A DNA stretch of 63,937 nucleotides, filler included, from Myxococcota bacterium (GTDB taxonomy: Bacteria; Myxococcota_C; UBA6777), in NCBI GenBank assembly GCA_023150835.1. It is 7 parts of 7 records of this genome, joined end to end, with 100 filler letters (N's around TTAATTAATTAA, not from the genome) between each part and the next. Parts side by side here need not be neighbours in the genome. Positions count along the whole stretch, not along the records: positions 48,418 to 56,405 come from JAKLKB010000191.1; positions 56,506 to 63,937 come from JAKLKB010000196.1; 5 more parts are not named here. One strand, given 5' to 3'. Each line of letters begins with the position of its first letter. Position 1 is the first letter of the stretch. The translations under genes and the position numbers were made by a program. The notes under the pieces are model-generated. The model worked only from the letters and a program-made list of their open reading frames with translations. It ran no database searches and was not told where the DNA came from. This document shows, piece after piece, positions 53,824 to 63,653 of the stretch.

Positions 53824-54858
53824 ATGCAACAGATCCTCCTGAACACTTTGTATATCCTGCAACCTGAGGGATACCTTCACCTCGACAATGATACTGTGCG
53901 TTATGAGCAAGACAACGAGACCCGAGCGCGCATCCCTCTCCACCACATCGCTGCGATCGCGGTCCATGCTAACGTTCTGATCTCCCCGTCTCTTTTACGT
54001 TATTGCAGTAAGCATGGCATCGCCGTGACATGGCTGGACCGTAGTGGCCAATTTGTCGGGGCTTTGCGCTTGCCCACCCAAGGGAATGTTTTGTTGCGTT
54101 TGCAGCAATATCAGGCTTATTCGGACGAAACCGCCAAGCACAGGATCGCGGCTGCTTTTGTGTTGGCCAAGATCAACAATGCTCGTCTGACTTTGTTGCG
54201 GCGTGCGCGGGATGCTTCGTCGGAGGCAGCCGAGGCGATCCGCGAAAAAGTCACGGAAATCGATCAGCTTCTTCCGCACATCGCACGTTCCACCGACACG
54301 GAGCAACTTCGCGGTTATGAAGGCTTGATCTCACGTCTGTATTTTGAAGCATTTCCCGCTTTGATCAGTGCTGACATCGCTGCTGATTTTTCTTTTGCAG
54401 GTCGTTCCAAACGACCGCCGCGTGATCGGATGAATGCGATGCTTTCTTTCGGATACACGCTGGTCACCAACGAGTGTCGTGCAGCGCTCGAAGGGGTTGG
54501 TTTGGATCCGCAGATCGGGTTTCTTCATGAAATACGCCCTGGTCGCCCTGCTTTGGCTTTGGATCTCGTCGAAGAATTCCGTGCTGCTTTGGTCGATCGG
54601 ATGGTTTTTGCGTTGATCCACCGCAAGCAGATCCAGTCCCAACATTTCGATACCCAAGAGGGCGGGGCTGTCTTGCTCAACGACGAAGGGCGAAAAGCGT
54701 TCCTACACGCTTACCAAAAACGCAAAGAGCAGCCTGTCCCGCATCCGCTGTTTGAGCAGCCTGTTCCTTTTGGCTTGGTTCCTCACGTTCAAGCGCGGAT
54801 CTTTGCTCGCTTTTTGCGCGGTGATATCGAGCAGTACGTTCCTTTTTTATACAAGTGA
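53824..54858 (+). CDS. cas1: type I-C Cas1 integrase
   Basis: LLNTLYI, GNVLLR..QY, LRGYEG, R.KRPPRDRMNAMLSFGY, GLDP..GFLH..RPGRPALALDLVEEFR. Confidence 0.97.
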   Translation: MQQILLNTLYILQPEGYLHLDNDTVRYEQDNETRARIPLHHIAAIAVHANVLISPSLLRYCSKHGIAVTWLDRSGQFVGALRLPTQGNVLLRLQQYQAYSDETAKHRIAAAFVLAKINNARLTLLRRARDASSEAAEAIREKVTEIDQLLPHIARSTDTEQLRGYEGLISRLYFEAFPALISADIAADFSFAGRSKRPPRDRMNAMLSFGYTLVTNECRAALEGVGLDPQIGFLHEIRPGRPALALDLVEEFRAALVDRMVFALIHRKQIQSQHFDTQEGGAVLLNDEGRKAFLHAYQKRKEQPVPHPLFEQPVPFGLVPHVQARIFARFLRGDIEQYVPFLYK

Positions 54859-54899
54859 GCCTTTTCCGTTCCGAGTTTCTCTGGAGGTGTGCTTTGAAG

Positions 54900-55193
54900 A
54901 TGTATTTGTATCTCGTGACTTACGACGTCTGCACGAAAGAAGATGAAGGCCAAGCTCGCTTGCGTCGGATCGCAAAAGCCTGCGAGGGGCGTGGGTGTCG
55001 AGTCCAAAAATCAGTCTTCGAGTTGCGGTTGACGCTCCCCCAACTCGAAGAGCTGCGCCACCGAATGCTCAAGATCATCGATCCCGCGCAAGATTCTTTG
55101 CGCATCTATCGCCTGACCGGGCCTCTTGAACAAAATCTAGAGGTACACGGCTTGAATCATGCCGTTGATTTTACAGAACCTTTGATATTCTGA
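54900..55193 (+). CDS. cas2: Cas2
   Basis: YLVTYDV...RLRRIAKACE..G.RVQKSVFE...DSLRIYRL; GGAGG RBS (start TTG 54894 or ATG 54900). Confidence 0.96.
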   Translation: MYLYLVTYDVCTKEDEGQARLRRIAKACEGRGCRVQKSVFELRLTLPQLEELRHRMLKIIDPAQDSLRIYRLTGPLEQNLEVHGLNHAVDFTEPLIF

Positions 55194-55463
55194 TGAAATG
55201 TTCAGTCTCTGTTTTGCGCGAACCTCAAGCGATTTTTGGGCGGTGGGTCGATGCGGCCTTTTGTTTTGCCGACGGTTGGGCTGTTTTGGTGGGAGGGCGC
55301 TAGGTGGGGGCTTTTGAACGGTTCGCTCTGGCAACAATGCCTTGTTTTTATTCGCTTTTTTATTTCGACTCTTTAAGTATTCTCAAAATGAGAATCGCGC
55401 CGAAAGAGGTTCGCGCAAACAAAGTTATTTACAAAGCGATTTCAGTGGAGTATACCTGCCAGA
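55194..55463 (+). promoter_or_regulatory. CRISPR leader
   Basis: Non-coding, T-rich, between cas2 and the first repeat; 14-bp perfect inverted repeat TTTGCGCGAACCTC (55213-55226) / GAGGTTCGCGCAAA (55406-55419). Confidence 0.85.
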
Positions 55464-56405
55464 GTAGCGTCCGTCCTTCGGGGCGGACGAGCATTGAAAC
55501 CTTGGAGCACGTTCGGATGCAGCACGCCGCCGGGGATGTAGCGTCCGTCCTTCGGGGCGGACGAGCATTGAAACACTCAAAAACGCCGACAGCAGCACCG
55601 GCCACCGCTGTAGCGTCCGTCCTTCGGGGCGGACGAGCATTGAAACCGGTAGTATTTGGCCGCGATGGTGTACAGCGTGGGTAGCGTCCGTCCTTCGGGG
55701 CGGACGAGCATTGAAACCGTTGCGCATCGATGCGATCCGTTTCTTTGTGGTGGTAGCGTCCGTCCTTCGGGGCGGACGAGCATTGAAACTCCAAGCCCTT
55801 GTTTTCGTCGTTTCGGGCTTTTTCGTGTAGCGTCCGTCCTTCGGGGCGGACGAGCATTGAAACGGCAAGCAAGATCCGAAAAAGCGCAAGTCCCGACGTA
55901 GCGTCCGTCCTTCGGGGCGGACGAGCATTGAAACCGATGGCATAAGTGCCAACCAGTGGGATGGGTAGTAGCGTCCGTCCTTCGGGGCGGACGAGCATTG
56001 AAACGTCTGTGTGTGTGTGTGGTGTGGTGTGATGTGATGGTAGCGTCCGTCCTTCGGGGCGGACGAGCATTGAAACCAAGAAAGGAAAAGACAATGCGCA
56101 AAGAATATATGGTAGCGTCCGTCCTTCGGGGCGGACGAGCATTGAAACTTGCATGGTATCTGTGCCGCCCACCCCTAAGCCGTGTAGCGTCCGTCCTTCG
56201 GGGCGGACGAGCATTGAAACCCCCGCCAAGTACCATATCAGCGAAACAAAGCAGAGGAGCGTCCGTCCTTCGGGGCGGACGAGCATTGAAACATTTCGGC
56301 GGACGCGCTTATGAGGCGTTCTTGGTGCGTAGCGTCCGTCCTTCGGGGCGGACGAGCATTGAAACTTGTACAGTGGGGAATCTTGGTTTACCGACCGTGT
56401 AGCGT
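55464..56405 (+). CRISPR. CRISPR array: 13 full 37-bp repeats + 1 partial, 13 spacers (33-37 bp), truncated at contig end
   Basis: Repeat GTAGCGTCCGTCCTTCGGGGCGGACGAGCATTGAAAC with internal hairpin and ATTGAAAC 3' end; the copy at 56256 starts GGAGCG. Confidence 0.99.
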
Positions 56406-56505
56406 NNNNNNNNNNNNNNNNNNNNNNNNNNNNNNNNNNNNNNNNNNNNTTAATTAATTAANNNNNNNNNNNNNNNNNNNNNNNNNNNNNNNNNNNNNNN
56501 NNNNN
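56406..56505. other. artificial contig-joining spacer
   Basis: 44 N + TTAATTAATTAA + 44 N. Confidence 0.98.
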
Positions 56506-56805
56506 TCACCGCAAGTCACCCCCCCCAAAAAGCAAACCCCTTGTGCGAACAACGAAGTCTTCTTGATCACCGTCCCGCGCCTCTCTCTCAGAAGGAGAGA
56601 GATCTCACCAAGCAACGCTTGCCGCGCCGAAGCCAACGGCTACTGCATTCGATCAAACACCAAAGAAGTCGCTCTCGAACGAGAAGGTTATCTCACCTGC
56701 ATCTTCGCCCTCCCCAAGCGCCAAACACGCCTACGCGCTGTTTTAAAAGAAGATGAAGGCGGCACCCCACCCAACCAAGATTATTGCTTGCAAAAACGAA
56801 AATAG
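56506..56805 (+). CDS. 3' fragment of an unknown protein (5'-truncated)
   Basis: Frame is open from the contig edge (SPQVTPPKKQTPCANNEVF...) to TAG 56805; codon style like other genes. Confidence 0.5.
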   Translation, partial: SPQVTPPKKQTPCANNEVFLITVPRLSLRRREISPSNACRAEANGYCIRSNTKEVALEREGYLTCIFALPKRQTRLRAVLKEDEGGTPPNQDYCLQKRK

Positions 56806-56830
56806 CCCGACGCACGATCAGAATAACTCG

Positions 56831-57862
56831 TTAAAACGAAGGCGCTGTGTACAGGCGTTGCGCAGGCAAAGCGTTTGAGGAAGCCAACGGAAACGGCGAA
56901 GAGACCGGCCCTTGTGATGCTGTCTTGTTGGGCGATTCCGCTTTCTTTTGGGGCGCGGCCAAGCGAAACCACAAGATCCCCCCTCCGATCATCACCGCCC
57001 CCAAAGCCAACCCGATCACTCCCGCATTGAAAGAAAGGTTCGCGTCTCGCTTGAGATCCGCAAACAGCGTTGCTCTCGCAGCGTTCACCGAAAAACGATC
57101 TGCAAACAGCCCATCCAGATCCTTTTCGATGTTTTTTGATACGAACACAAACGTGACCCCCCCGCCCAACACCGCGATCCCTAGGCCAATTACGACGGCT
57201 CCCCCGATCTGCCCTCCTGTCAAGCCTTGCTTGTACGGGCCTTTTCCCATCGTTGCCGCCTCAAACAACCGCGTTTCTCGCTCACCCAACGTCACTTCCG
57301 CATACTGCGTTGCTTGCTTTGGATACGTCACTCGCACCTGATACACCCCGGGACGAAGTCGGAGATTCTCTTGCCCTGACAGCGACACTTCGCGCTCGAA
57401 CTGGTAGCCTTTGATCTCCACACGCGCCGTCTCTGCGAGGCTGTTGGTCAACGTCAACGTCCCATAACCGATCTTTGTGTCCAGATCGAACAACATCCCC
57501 TTGATCGCTTGGCAGCGATACGCTTTGACACAAAGGCGTTCTTGTAGATAAACGCGCAAGGGCCCAGCGGCTTTTTCGTAGTAATAACGCTGCTCTTGCG
57601 CCTCTTTTTGCGCAGCCGCGTATCTTTGGTAGGCTTTCGCGGCGTTTTCGAGAAAAAGTCCTTTGCGCTTCTTTTGCAGATCGTCCAGCTTGTCGGGAGT
57701 CGCCATCTTCGCAGCGATCTGCGTATAACACTCTGCAGCAAGCTTGTGCTGTTCTTGGCGAAAAAGCTGCGCACACGTCGACGAAGGATCGTTGGCATAC
57801 CCAACCAACGGAACCATCAGGGAAAAAAAGCTCCAAACGCAGACAAAACAGGCATAACGCAT
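56831..57862 (-). CDS. exported helical (TPR-like) + PEGA-like protein with C-terminal TM segments
   Basis: GAGGAG RBS; signal peptide; LRPGVYQVRV PEGA-like strand; two C-terminal Gly-rich hydrophobic helices; paralog of 59097-60221. Confidence 0.78.
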   Translation of the reverse strand: MRYACFVCVWSFFSLMVPLVGYANDPSSTCAQLFRQEQHKLAAECYTQIAAKMATPDKLDDLQKKRKGLFLENAAKAYQRYAAAQKEAQEQRYYYEKAAGPLRVYLQERLCVKAYRCQAIKGMLFDLDTKIGYGTLTLTNSLAETARVEIKGYQFEREVSLSGQENLRLRPGVYQVRVTYPKQATQYAEVTLGERETRLFEAATMGKGPYKQGLTGGQIGGAVVIGLGIAVLGGGVTFVFVSKNIEKDLDGLFADRFSVNAARATLFADLKRDANLSFNAGVIGLALGAVMIGGGILWFRLAAPQKKAESPNKTASQGPVSSPFPLASSNALPAQRLYTAPSF

Positions 57863-57920
57863 CGCAAAAACTCCTCAGAAAAAACAACTCCGCACAGGAG
57901 TGACGCAGTTCGGTTTGTTT

Positions 57921-58290
57921 GTGGGGCGCTGCCCCATACGCGCCTTGTTAAGGTGGAAACCTCGTAGAGTCGGTCTTGATCGCCTTTTTTTTCTCCCCCC
58001 CCTCAATCCCCCCGTGAACGGGGGGAAGTTGGAACGGGCAGCGTCTGCGTCTCGTGCATACAGCGTGCGTCATGAAAAAACAAAATCCCCGATGCTTCCG
58101 ACTTTCGCTCCCTCCCCTGTTCACGGGGGAGGGCGGGGTGGGGGGCTTTCCTCCGCTTCACCTAACGCCTATGGGGCGCTGCCCCATGCCCCGCAAGGGA
58201 GCTTTGCCCCCTTGACCCCGTGTCGGCGGAACGAGCAGACGTTTTTCAAACCAACGACTCCATCGCGAGGAGGGACGCGAACACGGGGGG
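57921..58290 (+). mobile_element. complete family A (57938-58170) + family B (58172-58290) composite element
   Basis: GGGGCGCTGCCCCAT hairpins on both sides of A; core between TTAA 57948 and TTCA 58157 has hairpins CCCCCCGTGAACGGGGGG and CCCTCCCCTGTTCACGGGGGAGGG. Confidence 0.8.
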
Positions 58291-58397
58291 TTTTGCCGAG
58301 CGCGTCACTCCTATCCAAAAAAGCAAAATCCAAAAAAGCAAAAAATGCTCGCGCAAACGCTGGCAAGAAATTTTTCTCGCTACAGCGCAACTTCCGT

Positions 58398-59045
58398 TCA
58401 AGGAGATCGATCGCAAGAAAGAAGTGTGTAATCTCTTTCGAGGCATCTCTTTTGGCCGCCCAACTTCGAACCGCAACAATACCAAGAGCTGGGGCACTCC
58501 GAACTCGTGGTGCATAATTTCAATCCACCGCAAGCAAGAAAATTTGCCGAATCAGAGCATGCACCATCACAACAAAACTCTGTGGTGCGACACGACGGAG
58601 CGCAGACTTTCACCTCTGGGGCTGGCTCGGGTAGGTTCTCTGGCCCCGAAGTCTCCTCGGCCCCGTCGGGCGGAGAGATATTTTCGGGTTGTGCGGGTTC
58701 TTCGGAGGAAGTGGGTTCGTTGGATGGTTCGGGAGTTCCTTCGGTTTGGGACTCGCCGGAGGAACCGCATTGGCTAGAAGGGCGGCAATAACGCACCGCA
58801 GGATCGGCGTTGGGGGGGGGATTTGGAACGCAACAGACATCTCCCCCCGAGCATTGGGCGTTCTCCACACAAGCCCCGCAACGACCGCCCCGACAAGGCT
58901 TCCCACCACACTCTTGGGATGTTTCAGTCTCTTTGGAGCAACGAAACCCGATCAAACCCTCGTATTCTTTGATACAATTTTGCTGAAACAAAAGAATCGA
59001 GGCCATCGCAAGAAACAAAGGAAAAAAGCGAAGATACGTTTTCAT
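58398..59045 (-). CDS. small Cys-rich exported protein / putative lipoprotein
   Basis: Signal MKTYLRFFPLFLAMASILLFQQNC; two Cys clusters with CC pairs around a Pro/Glu/Ser linker. Confidence 0.78.
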   Translation of the reverse strand: MKTYLRFFPLFLAMASILLFQQNCIKEYEGLIGFRCSKETETSQECGGKPCRGGRCGACVENAQCSGGDVCCVPNPPPNADPAVRYCRPSSQCGSSGESQTEGTPEPSNEPTSSEEPAQPENISPPDGAEETSGPENLPEPAPEVKVCAPSCRTTEFCCDGACSDSANFLACGGLKLCTTSSECPSSWYCCGSKLGGQKRCLERDYTLLSCDRSP

Positions 59046-59096
59046 GCTGTGCCGATCTAAGTGAAGAAAAGGTGCCATTTCAAAGCCTCGCCTCGG

Positions 59097-60221
59097 TCAA
59101 TCGCCGATCTGGAGCAAGGTATGTCCTTGCAAAGAAGGTGTTGCTGCGAACAGATGCGGTGGTGCGGCAGGTGGTGTGTTTGCGATGCTTTGTCCTGCTG
59201 CGGGTTTGCGCGGAAGAAACATCCAGACCAAACCACCGATCACAGCGGCCCCACCGATGCCCACCGCGATCCAACCGATCACACGGAGAGGTTGGGTGGT
59301 GTCCAAGATATCGTTGGCGCGTCGCAATCCCTCGACAGCAGCGACATAATTCGCATCCGTTAAGTTTCCATCGCGTGCGTCTTTGGCGTAGGTTTCGAGC
59401 CTTGCGTAATTAGCCCGATCAATTGCAGCGATACGGATCGCCAAAGACGTCGCACCAATCGCTACAAACGCAGCCCCCGCCCCTGTCAACAACCAAGCTC
59501 CCGTAGGGATCGGAACGCCCACAGGAGCCGTGTAGACGAGCTGATCTTTTCGTGGCTCCAAGGTCATCTGGATCGTGCGCGAAGCTTGGCCCGCATACGT
59601 CGCACGAAAAGCATACACCCCGGGTCGCAACGCTCCCGCCCATCGTTCGGCGATCTGGAGTTTGTTTTCATACTGATAACCACGAATCTCGACTTCCACA
59701 GGCTCTTTTCGCGGGTTAAGCAGCGTGACGTTGTTGTAGCCGGTTTCCTGCTGGACTTGGTAGAGCAAGCCTTGGATGCTTTTGCAGCGGTAGACTTTGA
59801 CACAGAGTTTTTCTGAAAGAATTTGTCGCAGATAATTACCAGAAAGCTCAAACAAATAAGCGCGCTCTTCGAGCTTGGTGGAGCGACTGGCGGCTTGTTC
59901 GTAAGACTTGGCAGCATTTTCGAGCAGGAGTGCCTTTTGCTTTCGATCGATGGGGCTGGACTGTGGCATCAGTTTGATCTGCTCGGCCACGCGGACATAA
60001 CAATCGGCAGCGAGGCGAGGAGCTTGCTTGAGCAAAGCATGACAGGCTTTGGCATCAAGCGACTGGGCCGAAGCATCCGCCCAAAAGCCGATGACGCCTC
60101 CCACAAAAGCCAAAACCGTCCAGACAACACGAGAAAGCCGATGCGAACAAAGATGACGCCAAGACAGGGATGGCCGATATCTGGATTTGTTGTGTGGCGT
60201 CAAGCAGCGGCGGATGGGCAT
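59097..60221 (-). CDS. exported helical + PEGA-like protein, paralog of 56831-57862
   Basis: Shared LAA.CY, LENAAK.Y, E.LCVK.YRC..I.G.L, VEI.GYQ.E, LRPGVY; start uncertain. Confidence 0.78.
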   Translation of the reverse strand: MPIRRCLTPHNKSRYRPSLSWRHLCSHRLSRVVWTVLAFVGGVIGFWADASAQSLDAKACHALLKQAPRLAADCYVRVAEQIKLMPQSSPIDRKQKALLLENAAKSYEQAASRSTKLEERAYLFELSGNYLRQILSEKLCVKVYRCKSIQGLLYQVQQETGYNNVTLLNPRKEPVEVEIRGYQYENKLQIAERWAGALRPGVYAFRATYAGQASRTIQMTLEPRKDQLVYTAPVGVPIPTGAWLLTGAGAAFVAIGATSLAIRIAAIDRANYARLETYAKDARDGNLTDANYVAAVEGLRRANDILDTTQPLRVIGWIAVGIGGAAVIGGLVWMFLPRKPAAGQSIANTPPAAPPHLFAATPSLQGHTLLQIGD

Positions 60222-60257
60222 GGTGGACGACCCTTTCTGAGAAGAGAAAGACAGACC

Positions 60258-61490
60258 TCAAGGACAAGTATCAGCACAAAACAGATAGATCCCTTTTCGA
60301 CAACAACGCAGTCCTTGTGGGCAATCTGGATCGGCTTTACAAGAGCAACGAAATTCCTCTTTGCCTTGGGTTTCGATATTGATGCAGGCTTCGTTGATTT
60401 TTCCGCAACAATAGAAGTTCCCGGGGATCGAGCAATCAAGGTTGGTGGTGGGCTTGGAACAAGAACCTGCGCAGTCTTTGGAGTCCTTGACATCGGCGCT
60501 ACAGAATTTATTTCCAAGAGAGCTTGGACAACAAAAGGTATTTTGTGGGCAATCGGTATCTTGATCACACGAACAACGCTTGATCTGTTTGCCGAAAAAG
60601 AAGTTAAAGGCACGAAATTCATTGCACGAGCCTCGACCTGTGGGCGTGCAGCAATATGGGTTGGCGGTGCAATCTTGGCGGGTTTTGTCGGCAAGCGTGC
60701 AGAAGTTGCGGGCGTTGGCGCATTTGCCTTGTTCGTCAGGGATGGCGCAAAAATAGCGGGAGTTGGCGAGTTTTTGAGGATCGGTGGGACAACAAACCAT
60801 GCCATTCGGGCAATCGCTTGACAACACACAAGAACAGCGTTTGCGGGGTTTTCCTTCGATGCTGAATTCTTGGCAGCTTCCGTTGGTTTGGTAGATCGAG
60901 CAGCAATAATTGTTTGCGGGATCGTGGCAATCGAGTTTGGTATCAGGATCGTCGCCTGTTTTGATCTCAGGGGCTTTGCAAGTTGCGGTCGGAGCGGGGC
61001 ATTGGTTGTCTGCGGTGGGCAGCGTACAAGTGAGGAAGCCTTTGTCGGGAGACTTTGGGTTGAGTTCGCAACACTTCATCGGTTTGGGGCAATCGAGATC
61101 ACTTTTGCAAAGGCACCGTCCTTCGGGGGGAGAGAGATCATAGCGAACAGCATAACATCCGCGAGTGGGAAAATCGGCGGACTGAAAGACGCAACAGTAG
61201 TTGTTTTTGTGGAGGAAACAATTTTGGCTTTCAGAGGCTTTGGGAGCCGCACAGATCTGAGCCAAGCCAAAGGGGGTTTGGGGTTCGTTGGGTCGGCTAC
61301 ATTGTCGATTGAGACACTTGAGTCCGCCCCCACAGTCCTTGTCGATCTCGCACAAAAGCCCGAGATGAGGGGGAGTATCGCAAGCGAGAACCAAACAGCC
61401 GAGCAGCGCGACACTCAACATCAACAAGATTGCGGATGTTCGGGAGAGACGAACGCGAGAAGAAGTCGGAAACACAACACCACAAGCCAT
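60258..61490 (-). CDS. Cys-rich putative lipoprotein with four YCC...CxC..D.DCP....CC modules
   Basis: Lipobox VLAC; repeated N.YCC / C.C..D.DCP...CC pattern. Confidence 0.82.
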   Translation of the reverse strand: MACGVVFPTSSRVRLSRTSAILLMLSVALLGCLVLACDTPPHLGLLCEIDKDCGGGLKCLNRQCSRPNEPQTPFGLAQICAAPKASESQNCFLHKNNYCCVFQSADFPTRGCYAVRYDLSPPEGRCLCKSDLDCPKPMKCCELNPKSPDKGFLTCTLPTADNQCPAPTATCKAPEIKTGDDPDTKLDCHDPANNYCCSIYQTNGSCQEFSIEGKPRKRCSCVLSSDCPNGMVCCPTDPQKLANSRYFCAIPDEQGKCANARNFCTLADKTRQDCTANPYCCTPTGRGSCNEFRAFNFFFGKQIKRCSCDQDTDCPQNTFCCPSSLGNKFCSADVKDSKDCAGSCSKPTTNLDCSIPGNFYCCGKINEACINIETQGKEEFRCSCKADPDCPQGLRCCRKGIYLFCADTCP

Positions 61491-61691
61491 CTTCGCATCC
61501 TTTGAATCAAATCAACACATCATACACCACAAAAAAAGCCTTCCAACCGCAAACAGAGAAACCGATGTCGCGTGGGGTAGCGTTGCGGCAACAGAGATTT
61601 CGCAGTATAGAGAGAGTTCGCAAAGAAAAGCAAGTATGTACCGGCTTTTCTGAAAAAGGACGATGGGCAGGAAGAAGGAAAGGAGCGAGCC

Positions 61692-63650
61692 TTGAAGCGA
61701 TGGTGGATGATCGGCGCGGTGGTGTCGTGGTGGACGGTGGGATGTTGGAGCGGCTGCCAGCAAGTGGAAACGCCCAAGACACGGGTATATTCGGAGCAAC
61801 GAGAGCCTTGTGCGGAGTATAGCAGCGAGCGCAAAGCGTATTATGGCGATCTGCATGTACACACGGGATATTCGTTTGATTCGTGGGCGTATGCTTCGCA
61901 ACTCACATCGCTGGATGCGTACCGTTTTGCGAGCGGAGAACAAGTCTCGTTGCCGCCGCTTGGAGCGGATGGAAAAGGCACACGTCCTGTCAAGCTCAAG
62001 CAGCCGTTGGACTTTGTTGCGATCACCGAACACTCGGAATATCTCGGAGAGATCGCGCTTTGTACGACGCCGGGTTCCAAAAGCTACGAGTCTACGCCTT
62101 GTCAAAGCTACCGTAAACGCAACGAACAAAGCACCTTTCAGTTTGGGATCGGGCTGATCTATGACAATCCTGTCCGAAGCAAGGAGATCTGCGGCGAAGA
62201 TCTTTCGTGGTGCAGAGAGGCTGCGCTTGAGCGATGGCGCAAGATGCAAGAAGCAGCAGAGTTGACCTACGATCGCAAGTCGACTTGTCGGTTTGTCGCG
62301 TTTGTGGGCTACGAATACACCGCAACACCCGCCGTAAGCAACATGCACCGCAATGTGATCTTTCGCAATGAACACGTCACGCCGCTGCCGATCACGTATT
62401 ACGAACAGCCGAATCCTTGGGGGTTATGGAAAGCTTTGAAAGAAGAGTGTATCGATAAAGGCGGTGGCTGCGATGTATTCTCGATCGGCCACAACTCGAA
62501 CCTCAGCAATGGACATTATTTTGCGACCAAATACCCCAAAGCCAACAGCCTCGAAGAGCAAGCCAAGATGGCGGCTCTACGGGCGCAGATGGAGCCTCTT
62601 GTCGAGATGTTCCAGCACAAGGGCGATATGGAGTGCCGCAACGGGATGTTTGGTGTGTTCGGAGATCCCGATCCGTTCTGCGATTTTGAAAAGCTGCGCC
62701 CTGCGGAAACCAAAGATTGCAAAGGCACCTTTACAGAAGCGAACGCAGGCGGGATGCGTGTACAAGGGTGTGTTTCGCATCTTGACTTTGTGCGCAACGC
62801 GCTGAAGGCAGGGCTCCAAGAACACCAGCGGCTGGGCGTCAATCCCTATACCTTCGGACTGATCGGATCGACCGACACACACAACGGAACGGCAGGTCTC
62901 GTACAAGAAGTCGACTTTCCCGGTCACGTCGGAACGGTGGACGACGAGCCGATCAAGCGCCTTGGTTCGGGGAATATCACCCACGACGGGATCATCAACA
63001 ACCCGGGAGGACTCGCCGCAGTTTGGGCCGAAGAACGCTCTCGGGATTCGATCTTCGACGCTTTGCGCCGCCGCGAAACCTTTGCAACGAGCGGCCCACG
63101 GATCCAAGTTCGTTTCTTCGGTGGGTGGGGCTTTTCGGATGGGATGTGCAAAGAAGAAGGTTGGATCAAAAAAGCCTACGCAACAGGGGTTTCGATGGGC
63201 GGGATCTTGCCCAAAGCACCGACCGACGCAAAAGCACCGCGTTTTGTGGTGATGGCGACAGCAGACAAAGGAAGTCCCGAAGCACCCGGGATGATGCTGC
63301 AACGTGTACAGATCATCAAGGGATGGGTGGGGGCGGATGGAAAGCCATACGAAAAAGTCTATGAAGCCGCAGGCGACCCAAACAACGGCGCGAGTGTGGA
63401 CGTGAAGACGTGTAAAAGCAGCGGAGACGGCAAGGAGAGCTTGTGCGCGGTATGGAGTGATCCTGCGTTTGAACCGACACAGCGGGCTTTTTATTACGCT
63501 CGTGCGCTCGAAAACCCAAGCTGTCGGTGGAGTACTCGACAATGTATCGCTCTTGCCCCCGACAAGCGGCCCGCCTCTTGCGAGACCTCACACGTCCAAA
63601 AGATCATCCAAGAACGCGCATGGACCTCGCCGATCTGGTATCAACCTTAA
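61692..63650 (+). CDS. DUF3604 domain protein (PHP-like metal-dependent hydrolase)
   Basis: AAGGAG RBS + TTG; YYGDLHVHT..SFD, LDFVAITEHSE, GYEYT, HRNVIFR, HNSNLSNG, GSTDTH, ATSGPRI, YYARALENP.CRWS, QERAWTSPIWY. Confidence 0.9.
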   Translation: MKRWWMIGAVVSWWTVGCWSGCQQVETPKTRVYSEQREPCAEYSSERKAYYGDLHVHTGYSFDSWAYASQLTSLDAYRFASGEQVSLPPLGADGKGTRPVKLKQPLDFVAITEHSEYLGEIALCTTPGSKSYESTPCQSYRKRNEQSTFQFGIGLIYDNPVRSKEICGEDLSWCREAALERWRKMQEAAELTYDRKSTCRFVAFVGYEYTATPAVSNMHRNVIFRNEHVTPLPITYYEQPNPWGLWKALKEECIDKGGGCDVFSIGHNSNLSNGHYFATKYPKANSLEEQAKMAALRAQMEPLVEMFQHKGDMECRNGMFGVFGDPDPFCDFEKLRPAETKDCKGTFTEANAGGMRVQGCVSHLDFVRNALKAGLQEHQRLGVNPYTFGLIGSTDTHNGTAGLVQEVDFPGHVGTVDDEPIKRLGSGNITHDGIINNPGGLAAVWAEERSRDSIFDALRRRETFATSGPRIQVRFFGGWGFSDGMCKEEGWIKKAYATGVSMGGILPKAPTDAKAPRFVVMATADKGSPEAPGMMLQRVQIIKGWVGADGKPYEKVYEAAGDPNNGASVDVKTCKSSGDGKESLCAVWSDPAFEPTQRAFYYARALENPSCRWSTRQCIALAPDKRPASCETSHVQKIIQERAWTSPIWYQP

Positions 63651-63653
63651 ACC

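Noticed and set aside
55425-56402. Repetitive ORFs across the CRISPR array
   Set aside because: Translations of the repeats.
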